64,000 nt of DNA from an uncultured delta proteobacterium (lineage in GTDB: Bacteria; Myxococcota; Myxococcia; Myxococcales; Anaeromyxobacteraceae), in contig CAWHDZ010000016.1 in NCBI GenBank assembly GCA_963828255.1, positions 64,001 to 128,000 of the forward strand. The letters are read 5' to 3'. The stretch's first letter is position 1. Each line of letters starts with the position of its first letter. Shown piece by piece: positions 9,279 to 20,850 of this stretch. The notes under the pieces are model-generated. The model saw only the letters and a list, made by a program, of their open reading frames with translations. It was not told where the DNA came from and ran no database searches. Both the position numbers and the translations under genes were made by a program.

Positions 9279-9311
9279 CGCGGCGCCGGCACTCGCGTGA
9301 CGGCGTCGCTG

Positions 9312-11615
<2,304 letters not shown>

Positions 11616-11618
11616 CGG

Positions 11619-11728
11619 TGCTCCCTTCGTTCAGTGGAGGGAGCAAACAACCCGGTTCGGTCCGGGTTGTCAACGAAAGAAAATGATACTTCCCACCTTT
11701 GTAAATCGTGCAAATGACGGGTTTGCTC
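11619..11728 (-). promoter_or_regulatory. maeB upstream region: RBS-occluding hairpin, 9-bp inverted repeat and candidate sigma70 elements
   Basis: TGCTCCCT/AGGGAGCA (11619-11645) covers the SD; ACAACCCGG/CCGGGTTGT (11647-11670); minus-strand TATCAT at 11683-11688 and TTGACA near 11667-11672. Confidence 0.5.
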
Positions 11729-11808
11729 AGTCCTGACGGGAGCTGGAGGGACTCGGGTAAATCTCCGATCCCTGGGCCGCAGCCCCACCCCGGAGTAGAT
11801 TGCGCCCC

Positions 11809-12951
11809 GTGAAACCGCTCCGCATCTGCATGGTCATCGACGCATGGGACGACGCCAACAACGGCGGAGTGGTCTCCACGCGACGGTTCACCGAGCTGCT
11901 CCGGGCCAAGGGGCACACGGTCGAGATCCTCGCCACCGGCAACCCCGCCCCCGGGAAGTTCCCGCTCAAATCCTGGGTCATCCCCACGCCCGGCAACATC
12001 ATGCAGCGCATGCGGTTGCCCTTCGCCTGGCCCGACCCGAAGATCCTGGGCGAGGTGATTCCGCGCCAGGACGTGATCCACAACCACTTCCCGTTCTGGC
12101 TCGGCATCAAGTCCATCGGGGTGGCCCGGCGCGCCGGCGTGCCGGTGGTCTCCACGTTCCACGTGCAGGCCGAGCACCTGCTCCACAACGTGGGCATCCG
12201 GGGCCAGTGGGCGGTGGACCAGGTCTACCGGTTCTTCCTCAAGACCACCTACGACCGCTCCGACGCCGTGCTCTGCCCGAGCGCCTTCTCCGAGCGGGAG
12301 ATCCGCCGTTACGGCCTGCGGGCGCACACCGAGGTGATCTCCAACGGCGTCCCGTCCGACTACCGGCCGCTCCCCCCCGCGGAGTGCGAGCGGTTCGAGG
12401 GCAAGTTCACCATCCTCTCGGTGGGGCGGCTCGCCAAGGAAAAGCGGCACGACCTGCTCATCGAGGCCATCCGCAGCTCCCGCCACGAGAGGCGCATCCA
12501 GCTCGTGGTGCTGGGGGACGGGCCGCTCAAGGCCAAGCTCGAGGAGCACGCCAAGGTGCTCACGAACCCGCCGGTCTTCCGGTGGCTGAAGCCCCACGAG
12601 CTCATCCGCTACTACGGCGGGGCCGACCTCTGCGTGCACGCAGCGGACGTCGAGGTGGAGTGCATGTCCGTGCTGGAGGCCATGGCCTGCGGGCTGCCCT
12701 GCATCATCGCCGACTCGCCGCTCAGCGCCACGCCCCAGTTCGCCATCTCCCCCGAGTTCCTCTTCCCGACGGGCGACCGTGAGGCCCTCACGGCCCGGAT
12801 CGACCGGTGGATCGACGATCCGGAGGGGCTTTCGCGGGCGCGCGACGGCTACCGGCAGGCGGCGGAGCGGTACCGGATCGAGGTCTCGCTCGAGAAGCTG
12901 GTCGCGCTGTACCGCAAGGTCATCGCCGACCGTGCGGCCGCGAAGGGCTAA
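11809..12951 (+). CDS. Glycosyltransferase family 4 (diacylglycerol glycosyltransferase-like)
   Basis: NGGVVS N-terminus, SVGRLAKEK and E...VLEAMACGLP GT4 motifs; GTG 11809 lies 7 nt after TAGATT. Confidence 0.9.
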   Translation: MKPLRICMVIDAWDDANNGGVVSTRRFTELLRAKGHTVEILATGNPAPGKFPLKSWVIPTPGNIMQRMRLPFAWPDPKILGEVIPRQDVIHNHFPFWLGIKSIGVARRAGVPVVSTFHVQAEHLLHNVGIRGQWAVDQVYRFFLKTTYDRSDAVLCPSAFSEREIRRYGLRAHTEVISNGVPSDYRPLPPAECERFEGKFTILSVGRLAKEKRHDLLIEAIRSSRHERRIQLVVLGDGPLKAKLEEHAKVLTNPPVFRWLKPHELIRYYGGADLCVHAADVEVECMSVLEAMACGLPCIIADSPLSATPQFAISPEFLFPTGDREALTARIDRWIDDPEGLSRARDGYRQAAERYRIEVSLEKLVALYRKVIADRAAAKG

Positions 12952-13925
12952 GCTCCGGCGAACCCGGCCAGGCGCCCGCGGATGATGGCGTCGGCCTCGG
13001 ACATGATCCGGTCGACGAGCTCCTTCACCGTGGGGACGTCGTGGATGAGGCCGGCCACCATGCCGCAGGACCAGACGCCCGCGTCCATGGTCCCCTCCTG
13101 CATGATCTTCGGATAGACCCCGGCCACCTCCTCGCGGATGTCCTCGAACCTGAGGCTCGCCCCGAGGGCCTTCTCCTTCTCGAGCAGCCGGTCGGCGGCG
13201 GCGTTCTTCAGCACCCGCTCGGTGTTGCGCAGCGAGCGCATGACGAGGCGGGTGTCGAGCTCGGTGGCGGCCACGATGGCCTGCTTCACGTTCTCGTGGA
13301 CCGGCGCCTCCTTCGTGGCGATGAAGCGGGTGCCCATGTTGATGCCGTCGGCCCCCAGCGCGAGCGCAGCGACCAGCGACCGGCCGTCGGCCATGCCGCC
13401 CGAGGCGACGAACGGGATCGTGAGCTCGTCCGCCGCCCGCGGCAGGAGGATGAAGTTCGGGACGTCGTCCTCGCCGGGGTGCCCCCCGCACTCGAAGCCG
13501 TCCACGCTCACCGCGTCGCAGCCGATCGACTGGGCCTTCAGCGCGTGGCGGACCGAGGTGCACTTGTGGATGACCTTGATGCCCGCGGCGTGGAGGTGAG
13601 GGAGCACCTGCTGCGGGTTGTTGCCGGCGGTCTCGACGACCTTCACGCCCCCCTCGACGATGGCCCGCACGTAGCCGGGGTAGTCGGGCGACGCGATCGA
13701 GGGGAGGAAGGTGATGTTCACGCCGAAGGGCTTCGTGGTCATCTCCCGGCAGCGCCGGATCTCGTTCGCCAGCAGCTCGGGCGTGCGCTGGGTCAGGCCG
13801 GTGATGATGCCCAGCCCTCCGGCGTTCGACACCGCCGCGGCCAGCTCCGCGAAGCCCACGTAGTGCATGCCGCCCTGGACGATGGGGTGCTGGATGCCGA
13901 GCAGCTCGGTGATCCGGGTCTTCAT
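12948..13925 (-). CDS. Nitronate monooxygenase / FabK-like flavin oxidoreductase
   Basis: HPIVQGGM, ECGGHPG, ASGGMADG and NMGTRF motifs. Confidence 0.9.
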   Translation of the reverse strand: MKTRITELLGIQHPIVQGGMHYVGFAELAAAVSNAGGLGIITGLTQRTPELLANEIRRCREMTTKPFGVNITFLPSIASPDYPGYVRAIVEGGVKVVETAGNNPQQVLPHLHAAGIKVIHKCTSVRHALKAQSIGCDAVSVDGFECGGHPGEDDVPNFILLPRAADELTIPFVASGGMADGRSLVAALALGADGINMGTRFIATKEAPVHENVKQAIVAATELDTRLVMRSLRNTERVLKNAAADRLLEKEKALGASLRFEDIREEVAGVYPKIMQEGTMDAGVWSCGMVAGLIHDVPTVKELVDRIMSEADAIIRGRLAGFAGA

Positions 13926-14037
13926 CTCGTTCCTTTCCGGGTGTCCGGTCCTTCGGTGTCCTGCCGCCCTCGCCCCTCGACGTCCGGAAGCTCGGGCAGG
14001 GTGCGGGATTGTAGCGGGAAATGGTAGAGATCCGGAC

Positions 14038-14826
14038 GTGCGCCCGCCCCGCCTGCCCCGCTTCCTGGTGAACGTCCTCGCGGCCGTGTCCTACGTGATC
14101 TCGGTCCTGATCATCGTCCTCGGGCTTCCCGTCCTGGCGTTGCTCGTCCTGGTCACCGTTCCGTTCGACCGGACGCGGCGAATTCCGGGCCTCTTCCTGC
14201 GGCGGCTCGGCTCGACCCCGACCTACGTCTTCCCGTTCTGGCACATTCGCATCGAGGGGGAGCAGCCGAGCACCGGCGCCTACGTCTGCGTCTCGAACCA
14301 CCAGTCCTTCCTGGACATCTTCGGGATGGCCCGCCAGCGCCGCGAGATGAAGTGGATCGCCAAGGAGGAGATCTTCAAGCTGCCCCTCTTCGGCCACTAC
14401 TTCAGGCTCTCCGGCGACATCCCGGTGAACCGCGGCGACCGCGAGAGCGGAGGGGCGGCGCTCACCAAGGCCCGCTGGTATCTCGACCACGGCATGCCCG
14501 TCATGATCTTCCCGGAGGGGACCCGATCCCGCGACGGGAAGATGGGCGCGTTCAAGCCGGGTGCGTTCCGGCTCGCCATCGAGGCGCAGGTGCCCATCCT
14601 TCCGGTTGCGGTGACCGGATCGGCCTACGGCATGCCCAAGGGCAGCCCCTGGATCCGCCCCACGCTGGTGCTGGTCCGCGTGCTCGAGCCCATCGAGACG
14701 AAGGGGATGAGCGGCGCCGACGTGGTGGGGCTGATGGCGACGACGAGGGAGCGCATCGTTGCGGCGGAGGCGGAGCTCGCCGCCCGCCGGGCCGCGCTGG
14801 GCTGGGAGACGCTGGCGGCGGGGTAG
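14038..14826 (+). CDS. plsC: 1-acyl-sn-glycerol-3-phosphate acyltransferase
   Basis: NHQSFLD, FPEGTRS and FKPGAF motifs; start GTG 14038. Confidence 0.88.
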   Translation: MRPPRLPRFLVNVLAAVSYVISVLIIVLGLPVLALLVLVTVPFDRTRRIPGLFLRRLGSTPTYVFPFWHIRIEGEQPSTGAYVCVSNHQSFLDIFGMARQRREMKWIAKEEIFKLPLFGHYFRLSGDIPVNRGDRESGGAALTKARWYLDHGMPVMIFPEGTRSRDGKMGAFKPGAFRLAIEAQVPILPVAVTGSAYGMPKGSPWIRPTLVLVRVLEPIETKGMSGADVVGLMATTRERIVAAEAELAARRAALGWETLAAG

Positions 14827-14835
14827 GGCGGCGCC

Positions 14836-15744
14836 TCAGTGCCCGTGCTCGTGACCGCTGCCGGTCGCGTGCGCGTGGTCCGCGCCGCCGTGACCGTGGT
14901 CCCCCTCCGACCCCGGCGTGTGCAGGTGGCCGTGGGCGTGCTCGTGCCCGTGCTCGTGGGCGTGCACCGTCCCGTCGGCGTGCCGGTGCTCGTGGGCATG
15001 CGCGTGGACGTGCGGGTGCTCGTGGGTGTGCACGTGCACCGCCGTTCCCTTGCCGCGCGCGAGCCCGGCGCGGCGCGCCTCGAGCCAGCGCACCCAGGCG
15101 TCCATGCCATCCCCGGTTCGGGCCGACACCCGGATCACCTCGGGCCTGGGCATGACGCGCCGCAGGCCGTCCAGGATCTGCTCCACGTCCACGTCGAGGT
15201 GGGGGAGCAGGTCGCACTTGGTGAGCAGGACCAGATCCGCCCCCTTGAACATGACCGGGTACTTGAGGGGCTTGTCCTCGCCTTCCGTCACCGAAAGTGC
15301 GACCACGTTGGCGGCCTGTCCCAGGTCGTAGACCGCCGGGCAGACCAGGTTCCCCACGTTCTCGATGAAGAAGACGTCCAGGTCCTTCCAGGGAAATCCG
15401 TGCAGGGCGTCGTGGACCAGCTCCGCGTCGAGGTGGCAGCCCTGGCCGGTGGTGATGGCCTTCGAGGGGATGCCGGCCTTCGAAAGCCTCCGGGCGTCGT
15501 TGTCGGTGGCGAGGTCGCCCGAGACGGCTCCGAGCTTCCAGCGCCCGCCGGAGGCCTTCGCGGTCGCCTCGAGGAGCGCGGTCTTCCCGGCGCCCGGGGA
15601 GCCCATGACGTTGAGCGCCAGCACGCCCGCCGCCGCGAAGTGCTCGCGGTTGTGGGTCGCCACCCGGTCGTTCCCGGCCAGGATCTTCTCGTGCAGGTCC
15701 ACCGGAACCAGGCTCGTGTCGCCGCATCCACAGGTCGTGCACAT
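14836..15744 (-). CDS. hypB: Hydrogenase nickel-insertion GTPase HypB with C-terminal His-rich tail
   Basis: N-terminal CTTCGC; GSPGAGKT, CHLDA, ENVGNLVCP and EGEDKPLKYP motifs. Confidence 0.96.
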   Translation of the reverse strand: MCTTCGCGDTSLVPVDLHEKILAGNDRVATHNREHFAAAGVLALNVMGSPGAGKTALLEATAKASGGRWKLGAVSGDLATDNDARRLSKAGIPSKAITTGQGCHLDAELVHDALHGFPWKDLDVFFIENVGNLVCPAVYDLGQAANVVALSVTEGEDKPLKYPVMFKGADLVLLTKCDLLPHLDVDVEQILDGLRRVMPRPEVIRVSARTGDGMDAWVRWLEARRAGLARGKGTAVHVHTHEHPHVHAHAHEHRHADGTVHAHEHGHEHAHGHLHTPGSEGDHGHGGADHAHATGSGHEHGH

Positions 15745-16088
15745 CAGGGCACCTCCATCTCCACGGTCTCGAGCAGGATCTCGTCGGCGCCGGCGGAGAG
15801 GCTCGCCGGCAGCCCGCAGGCCGGGCAGGTGAGCACCTCGCCGCGGGCGATGGCGCGCCCGCAGCCCGGGCAGCTCCAGCGCGCCGGCACGCTGCGCAGC
15901 TCCATCGCCGCCGTGGCGCAGACCGTCCCTTCACGGAACGTGTCGTAGGCGGTCTGGAAGAGGCCGGGGTCGAGGCCGGCCAGCTCCCCCACGGACACCA
16001 CCAGGCGGTGCACGGCGGTGGCCCTGCGCTCCCGCACCAGCGTCTCCACGCGACCGACCAGCGACTGGACCAGCGCGTACTCGTGCAC
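15744..16088 (-). CDS. hypA: Hydrogenase maturation nickel metallochaperone HypA
   Basis: (M)HEYAL start at GTG 16088; two CxxC motifs (CPGC, CPAC). Confidence 0.95.
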   Translation of the reverse strand: MHEYALVQSLVGRVETLVRERRATAVHRLVVSVGELAGLDPGLFQTAYDTFREGTVCATAAMELRSVPARWSCPGCGRAIARGEVLTCPACGLPASLSAGADEILLETVEMEVP

Positions 16089-16096
16089 GGGGGGCC

Positions 16097-17113
16097 TCAG
16101 CAAATCCGGGGGAGGGGCTCGCCCTCGGATTCGGCGAGCAGCCGGCGCCCCAGGCCGGTGTCGAGGATCACCTGGCCGGGCCGGTCGGCGATGGCCGTGC
16201 CGACCACGGCGGCGCGACGCCCCAGCGGGTGGCCGCGCAGCGCGGCGAGCACGCGGTCGGCCGCGCCGGGACGCACGCCGATGACGGCCTTCCCCTCGTT
16301 GGCGACCACCAGCGGATCGATGCCCAGCACCTCGCAGGCGGCCCGGACCTCCGGGTTCACCGGCACCGCCGGCTCGTCGAGGAGCACGCCGACCCTGGCC
16401 TTCCCGGCCATCTCGTGCAGCACCGAGGCCAGGCCGCCGCGGGTGGGGTCCTTCATCGCCACCACGTCCTCGCCCCCGGCCAGGAGCGCCGCGCGGATGA
16501 GTCCGTTGATGGGGGCGACGTCGCTGCGGAGATCTCCCCGGATGCCCAGGGCGTGGCGCGTCACCATCACCGCCATGCCGTGGTCGCCGACGCTCCCGGT
16601 GACGATGATGCGGTCTCCCACGCGCAGGCCGGCGTCGGTCACCACCCGGTCGCAGAGCGCCACCCCGGCGGTGTTGAGCACGATGCCGTCCACCTCGCCG
16701 TGCCCCATCACCTTGGTGTCGCCGGTGACGATGGGTGCGCCGGCCTCGCGGCTGGCCTCGAGCATCGAGTCGCGGATGCGGACCAGGTCGTCGCGGGAGA
16801 AGCCCTCCTCCAGGATGGCCGCGCAGGTGAGGGCCAGCGGCTCGGTGGCCCCCATCATGGCGAGATCGTTCACCGTGCCCGAGACCGCCAGCCGCCCGAT
16901 GTCGCCGCCGGGGAAGAAGACGGGGTGGACCACGTGCGAGTCGGTGGTGATGACCAGCCAGCGGTCGCCGACCCGGATGGCCGCGCCGTCGTCGAGCGCG
17001 GCGAGGCCGATGCCGTCCACCGGGGAGGCGAGCCCCAGGAAGACCTCCTCGATGAGCGCGCGCATGGCGCGGCCGCCGGCGCCGTGCTTGAGCGCCACCT
17101 TGCCGCCGGACAT
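16097..17113 (-). CDS. hypE: Hydrogenase maturation carbamoyl dehydratase HypE
   Basis: HGAGG, FFPGGDIG and DPTRGG motifs; C-terminal PRIC; start ATG 17113. Confidence 0.97.
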   Translation of the reverse strand: MSGGKVALKHGAGGRAMRALIEEVFLGLASPVDGIGLAALDDGAAIRVGDRWLVITTDSHVVHPVFFPGGDIGRLAVSGTVNDLAMMGATEPLALTCAAILEEGFSRDDLVRIRDSMLEASREAGAPIVTGDTKVMGHGEVDGIVLNTAGVALCDRVVTDAGLRVGDRIIVTGSVGDHGMAVMVTRHALGIRGDLRSDVAPINGLIRAALLAGGEDVVAMKDPTRGGLASVLHEMAGKARVGVLLDEPAVPVNPEVRAACEVLGIDPLVVANEGKAVIGVRPGAADRVLAALRGHPLGRRAAVVGTAIADRPGQVILDTGLGRRLLAESEGEPLPRIC

Positions 17114-18243
17114 CAGGCCACCCCCCTCAGGTCGGGCTGGCCGCCGTAGACGTGCCAGATCTTGCAGGACCCCTCGGAGGAGACCATGCAGGCCCCCACC
17201 GGCGCGTCGGGGCGGCACTCCTTGCCGAAGAGCGGGCAGTCGGAGGGCCTGGCGAGCCCCGACATGATGGTCCCGCAGATGCAGTGCTCGGCCAGTACGT
17301 TGCGCTCGGCGCCGCCCACCGTGGAGGTGTCGATGCGGAAGCGCCGGCGGGCGTTCAGGTGGTCCCACTCCGGGCGCAATTCCAGGTTGCCGCGCGGGAC
17401 CCGGGCGATGCCGCGCCAGTTGCCGGCCGCCACCTCGAAGACCTTCCAGAGCTTCTCGAGCGCCGGGCCGTTGCCCTCCCTCGACACGCAGCGCGGGTAG
17501 CAGTTCACCACCTCGGGGCGGCCGGCGCGGACGAGCCGCACCAGTTCCAGGACCGCGGCGAGCACGTCGAGCGGCTCGAAGCCGGCCACCACCACCGGCG
17601 ACCGGGTCCGGGCGGCGAAGGGCTCGAAGATCCCCCAGCCGGTGATGGTCGCCGCGTGTCCGGCGGCGATGAACCCCTCGATGCTGGTCTCCTCGATCCC
17701 GGCCACCAGGTCCATGGCGGCCGGAACGTACTTGTGCGACGAGAGGACCGAGAAGTTGTCCGGCACGCCGGCCAGGATCACCGCGGCGGTGGCGACTGCG
17801 GTGGTCTCGAAGCCGCTCGCGAAGAAGACCACCTGCTCGGAGGGGCGGGCGCGGGCGATCTCCACCGCCTGGGACACGCTGTAGACCACCTCGACGTTCC
17901 CGCCGTCCACCTGGGCGTCGGCCAGCGATTTCACCGTGCCGGGCAGCCGCAGCATGTCACCGTAGGTGCAAACCCGCGCGCCCTGCGCGGCCAGCGCCAC
18001 CGCCTCGTCCACCTCCGGCGTGTCGGTCACGCAGACCGGGCAGCCCGGCCCCATGATGACGTCGAGGTTTCGCGGGAAGGCGGCCCGCAGCCCGAAGCGG
18101 GCGATGGCCTGCTCGTGGCTCCCGCAGACGTGCATGACCGAGATGGTTCGGCCCGCCGCCTCGACCTCCCGGTGCAGCGCCTCCGTCAGCGCGCGGGCGC
18201 GGGCCGGGTCGCGGAACTTGAGCTCGTCGAAGAGGCTCGCCAC
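17113..18243 (-). CDS. hypD: Hydrogenase maturation protein HypD
   Basis: HVCGSHE, GPGCPVC, GFETT and GACMVSSEGSC motifs. Confidence 0.97.
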   Translation of the reverse strand: MASLFDELKFRDPARARALTEALHREVEAAGRTISVMHVCGSHEQAIARFGLRAAFPRNLDVIMGPGCPVCVTDTPEVDEAVALAAQGARVCTYGDMLRLPGTVKSLADAQVDGGNVEVVYSVSQAVEIARARPSEQVVFFASGFETTAVATAAVILAGVPDNFSVLSSHKYVPAAMDLVAGIEETSIEGFIAAGHAATITGWGIFEPFAARTRSPVVVAGFEPLDVLAAVLELVRLVRAGRPEVVNCYPRCVSREGNGPALEKLWKVFEVAAGNWRGIARVPRGNLELRPEWDHLNARRRFRIDTSTVGGAERNVLAEHCICGTIMSGLARPSDCPLFGKECRPDAPVGACMVSSEGSCKIWHVYGGQPDLRGVA

Positions 18244-18245
18244 CT

Positions 18246-18542
18246 CTAGCTCCCGCCGCCGCCCTTGCCCGCGGCGATCTCCCCGCGGACGTCCTCGGCC
18301 ATGAGGTCGCCCGCCTCGGCCTCCTTCAGGATCTGGTCGAAGAGGGCCAGCGTCTCGCCGACCTCCTCCGGCGGGATGCGCCGGATGGCGAAGCCCACGT
18401 GGTTCAGCACGTAGTCGCCCACCGTGACCGGCTCGTCCACGATGTCGAGCCGGAGCTCCTTCTGCACGCCGAAGAAGTCGACCTGGGCCGACATCCCGTC
18501 GTCGGAGATGGAGAGGACCTTACCGGGGACACCCAGGCACAT
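18246..18542 (-). CDS. hypC: Hydrogenase maturation chaperone HypC
   Basis: MCLGVPG start at ATG 18542; VGDYVLNHVGFA motif. Confidence 0.96.
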   Translation of the reverse strand: MCLGVPGKVLSISDDGMSAQVDFFGVQKELRLDIVDEPVTVGDYVLNHVGFAIRRIPPEEVGETLALFDQILKEAEAGDLMAEDVRGEIAAGKGGGGS

Positions 18543-18558
18543 GGCAGCTGTTCTCCGG

Positions 18559-20850
18559 TCAGGGTGCGGCGGTGGCGGAGGCCACGACCGCCTGCCCGAG
18601 GGCGATGCCACCATCCCCGGGGGGTACCCGACCGGGTAGGTATACCTCGAAACGCCCTGCAAACTCCCCCACCAGGAGCTCCGCCAGCCGGGCGTTCTGG
18701 AAGACGCCGCCGCTCGCCACCACGGGCAAACGCCCGTGCCGGTCGGCGGCCATCCGGACCATCTCGGCGCCCGCCCTGGCCAGGGCCCGGTGGAAGCGCA
18801 TCGAGACGGCGCCGTGTGGGGTTCCCCGGAGCACGTCCTCGGCGGCGGCCCGCACGATGGGCCGCCAGTCGAGCTGCCAGGGGGAGGTCGAGGTGTCCAC
18901 GGTGAACGGGTAGGCCCCGTCCGCCCCGCCGTCCGCCGCGGCGTCGAGCGCGATGGCCACCTGCCCCTCGTACCGGGACACCCCGCGCCCCAGGGCGATG
19001 GCGCCCACCGCGTCGAAGAGCCGGCCCGCCCCGTGGGCGGGCGGGGAGTTCAGCCCGGCCGCCACCATGCGCCGGATCACCTCCCGGTCCGGCGCGGGCA
19101 CGGCGTCGAAGACCGGCAGGGACTCGAGAGGGGCCTGGCCGTCGAAGGCCTGGTCGAGGGCCACCAGCGCGAGCCGCCAGGGCTCCCGCACCGCGCGGTC
19201 GCCCCCGGCGAGCGGCAGGGGCCGGAAGGTGGCCAGCCGCTCGAAGCCGTCGAGGCGGGCCAGCAGCAGTTCGCCGCCCCACGCCGTCCCGTCGGTCCCG
19301 AGCCCGGCGCCGTCCCAGGTGAGCGCCAGGACCGGCCCTTCGAGCGCGTGCTCCGCCATGGCCGCCGCGGCGTGGGCGTGGTGGTGCTGGACGGCCACGG
19401 CCGGGATGCCCTCGCGGCGGGAGCGATCCAGCGCATACCGGGTGGAGAGGTAATCGGGGTGGAGGTCGTGGGCGAGGAGCGCCGGCCGAACCCGGAGGAA
19501 GCGCTCGAGCCGCGCCACCGACTCCTCGAAGGAACGCAGGGTCTCGAGGTTCTCCAGATCTCCGACGTGGGGGCCGAGCACCGCCTCGCCTCCCGAGGCC
19601 AGGCAGAAGGCGTTCTTGAGGTGCGCCCCGCAGGCCAGCACCGGGCGAGGAAACGGGCGCGACACCGCCACCGGGGAGGGCACGAAGCCGCGGGCCCGGC
19701 GCATGACCAGCGGACGCCCCAGGACCACGCGGGCCACCGAGTCGTCGGCGCGGGCCTCGATCTCCCGGTCGTGGACCAGGAACAGGTCGGCGATGCCGCG
19801 GAGGCGGGTGAGCGCGTCCTCGTCCCGGTGGGCGATGGGCTCCTCGGAAAGGTTGCCGGAGGTCATGACGAGCGGGCGGGCGGCCGCGGCGAGGAGCAGG
19901 TGGTGGAGCGGGGAGTAGGGGAGCAGCAGCCCCACGGTGCCGGCGTCGGGGGCGATCTCCGGAGCGAGCCCGGAGGTCTCCCGTCGCCGGACCAGCACCA
20001 CCGGCCGCTCCGGGGAGGCCAATAGGTTTCGCTCGGCCTGGGAGAGGATCGCCGTCCGGTCGGCAGCCGCCAGGTCGGTCACCATCACCGCGAGCGGCTT
20101 CTCCTCGCGCCGCTTGCGCTCCCGCAAGGTACGCACCGCGCCGGAGGACGTCGCGTCGCAGGCCAGGTGGTACCCACCGATGCCCTTCACCGCGAGGACG
20201 AGCCCGGCGGCCAGCGCGGCCCCGGCGTCCGCCACCGGGTCGAGGCCCGGCGCCGGCGCGCCGTCCGCGCCGAGGAGCGAGACCCGCGGTCCGCAGGCCG
20301 GGCAGGCCACGGGCTCGGCGTGGAAGCGCCGGTCGGCCGGGTCGCGGTACTCCCGCGCGCATTCCGGGCACATCCGGAACGGTTCCATGCTGGTGGCCGC
20401 CCGGTCGTACGGGACGTCGCGCACGATGGTGAAGCGCGGACCGCAGGCGGTGCAGTTCGTGAACGGGTAGTGAAATCTCCGGTCGGCCGGGTCGAGCACC
20501 TCGGCCATGCAGTCGGCGCAGGTGGAGAGGTCGGGCGGGATGGAGACCCGCCGCTCGTCGGCGCCGGAGCTCTCCTCGATGACGAACTCCAGGGCCACCT
20601 CGGGTGCGATCTCCGCGGCACGGAAGGAGACCACCCGGGCCGACGGGGGGCCCCCGGCGCGCAGGCGCGCCTCGAAGGCGTCGAGGGCGGTCGCCGTCCC
20701 GAAGACCTCCACGGTCACGCCGGCCTCGTCGTTGCGCACCCGCCCGGAGACGCCGCAGTCGCGGGCCGCCCTCCAGACGAAGGGGCGCATGCCCACGCCC
20801 TGCACGGTGCCGCGGATCTCGATGCGCCGGCCGCGGCGTGCCACGCTCAC
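18559..20850 (-). CDS. hypF: Carbamoyltransferase HypF
   Basis: Acylphosphatase domain GTVQGVGMRP, Zn fingers (CTACGPR), KGIGGYH, HDLHPDY, QHHHAH and PPGDGGIALGQ; start GTG 20850. Confidence 0.96.
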   Translation of the reverse strand: MSVARRGRRIEIRGTVQGVGMRPFVWRAARDCGVSGRVRNDEAGVTVEVFGTATALDAFEARLRAGGPPSARVVSFRAAEIAPEVALEFVIEESSGADERRVSIPPDLSTCADCMAEVLDPADRRFHYPFTNCTACGPRFTIVRDVPYDRAATSMEPFRMCPECAREYRDPADRRFHAEPVACPACGPRVSLLGADGAPAPGLDPVADAGAALAAGLVLAVKGIGGYHLACDATSSGAVRTLRERKRREEKPLAVMVTDLAAADRTAILSQAERNLLASPERPVVLVRRRETSGLAPEIAPDAGTVGLLLPYSPLHHLLLAAAARPLVMTSGNLSEEPIAHRDEDALTRLRGIADLFLVHDREIEARADDSVARVVLGRPLVMRRARGFVPSPVAVSRPFPRPVLACGAHLKNAFCLASGGEAVLGPHVGDLENLETLRSFEESVARLERFLRVRPALLAHDLHPDYLSTRYALDRSRREGIPAVAVQHHHAHAAAAMAEHALEGPVLALTWDGAGLGTDGTAWGGELLLARLDGFERLATFRPLPLAGGDRAVREPWRLALVALDQAFDGQAPLESLPVFDAVPAPDREVIRRMVAAGLNSPPAHGAGRLFDAVGAIALGRGVSRYEGQVAIALDAAADGGADGAYPFTVDTSTSPWQLDWRPIVRAAAEDVLRGTPHGAVSMRFHRALARAGAEMVRMAADRHGRLPVVASGGVFQNARLAELLVGEFAGRFEVYLPGRVPPGDGGIALGQAVVASATAAP

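Noticed and set aside
9126..9311. tRNA, tRNA-Sec or a known riboswitch in the RAYT-maeB gap
   Set aside because: No proper T-arm, anticodon arm or CCA end; it lies 3' of both neighbours. Kept only as an unknown structured element.
14836..15040. Repetitive GTG-rich DNA as a possible CRISPR or tandem array
   Set aside because: It encodes the HypB His-rich tail; there is no repeat-spacer structure and no cas gene.
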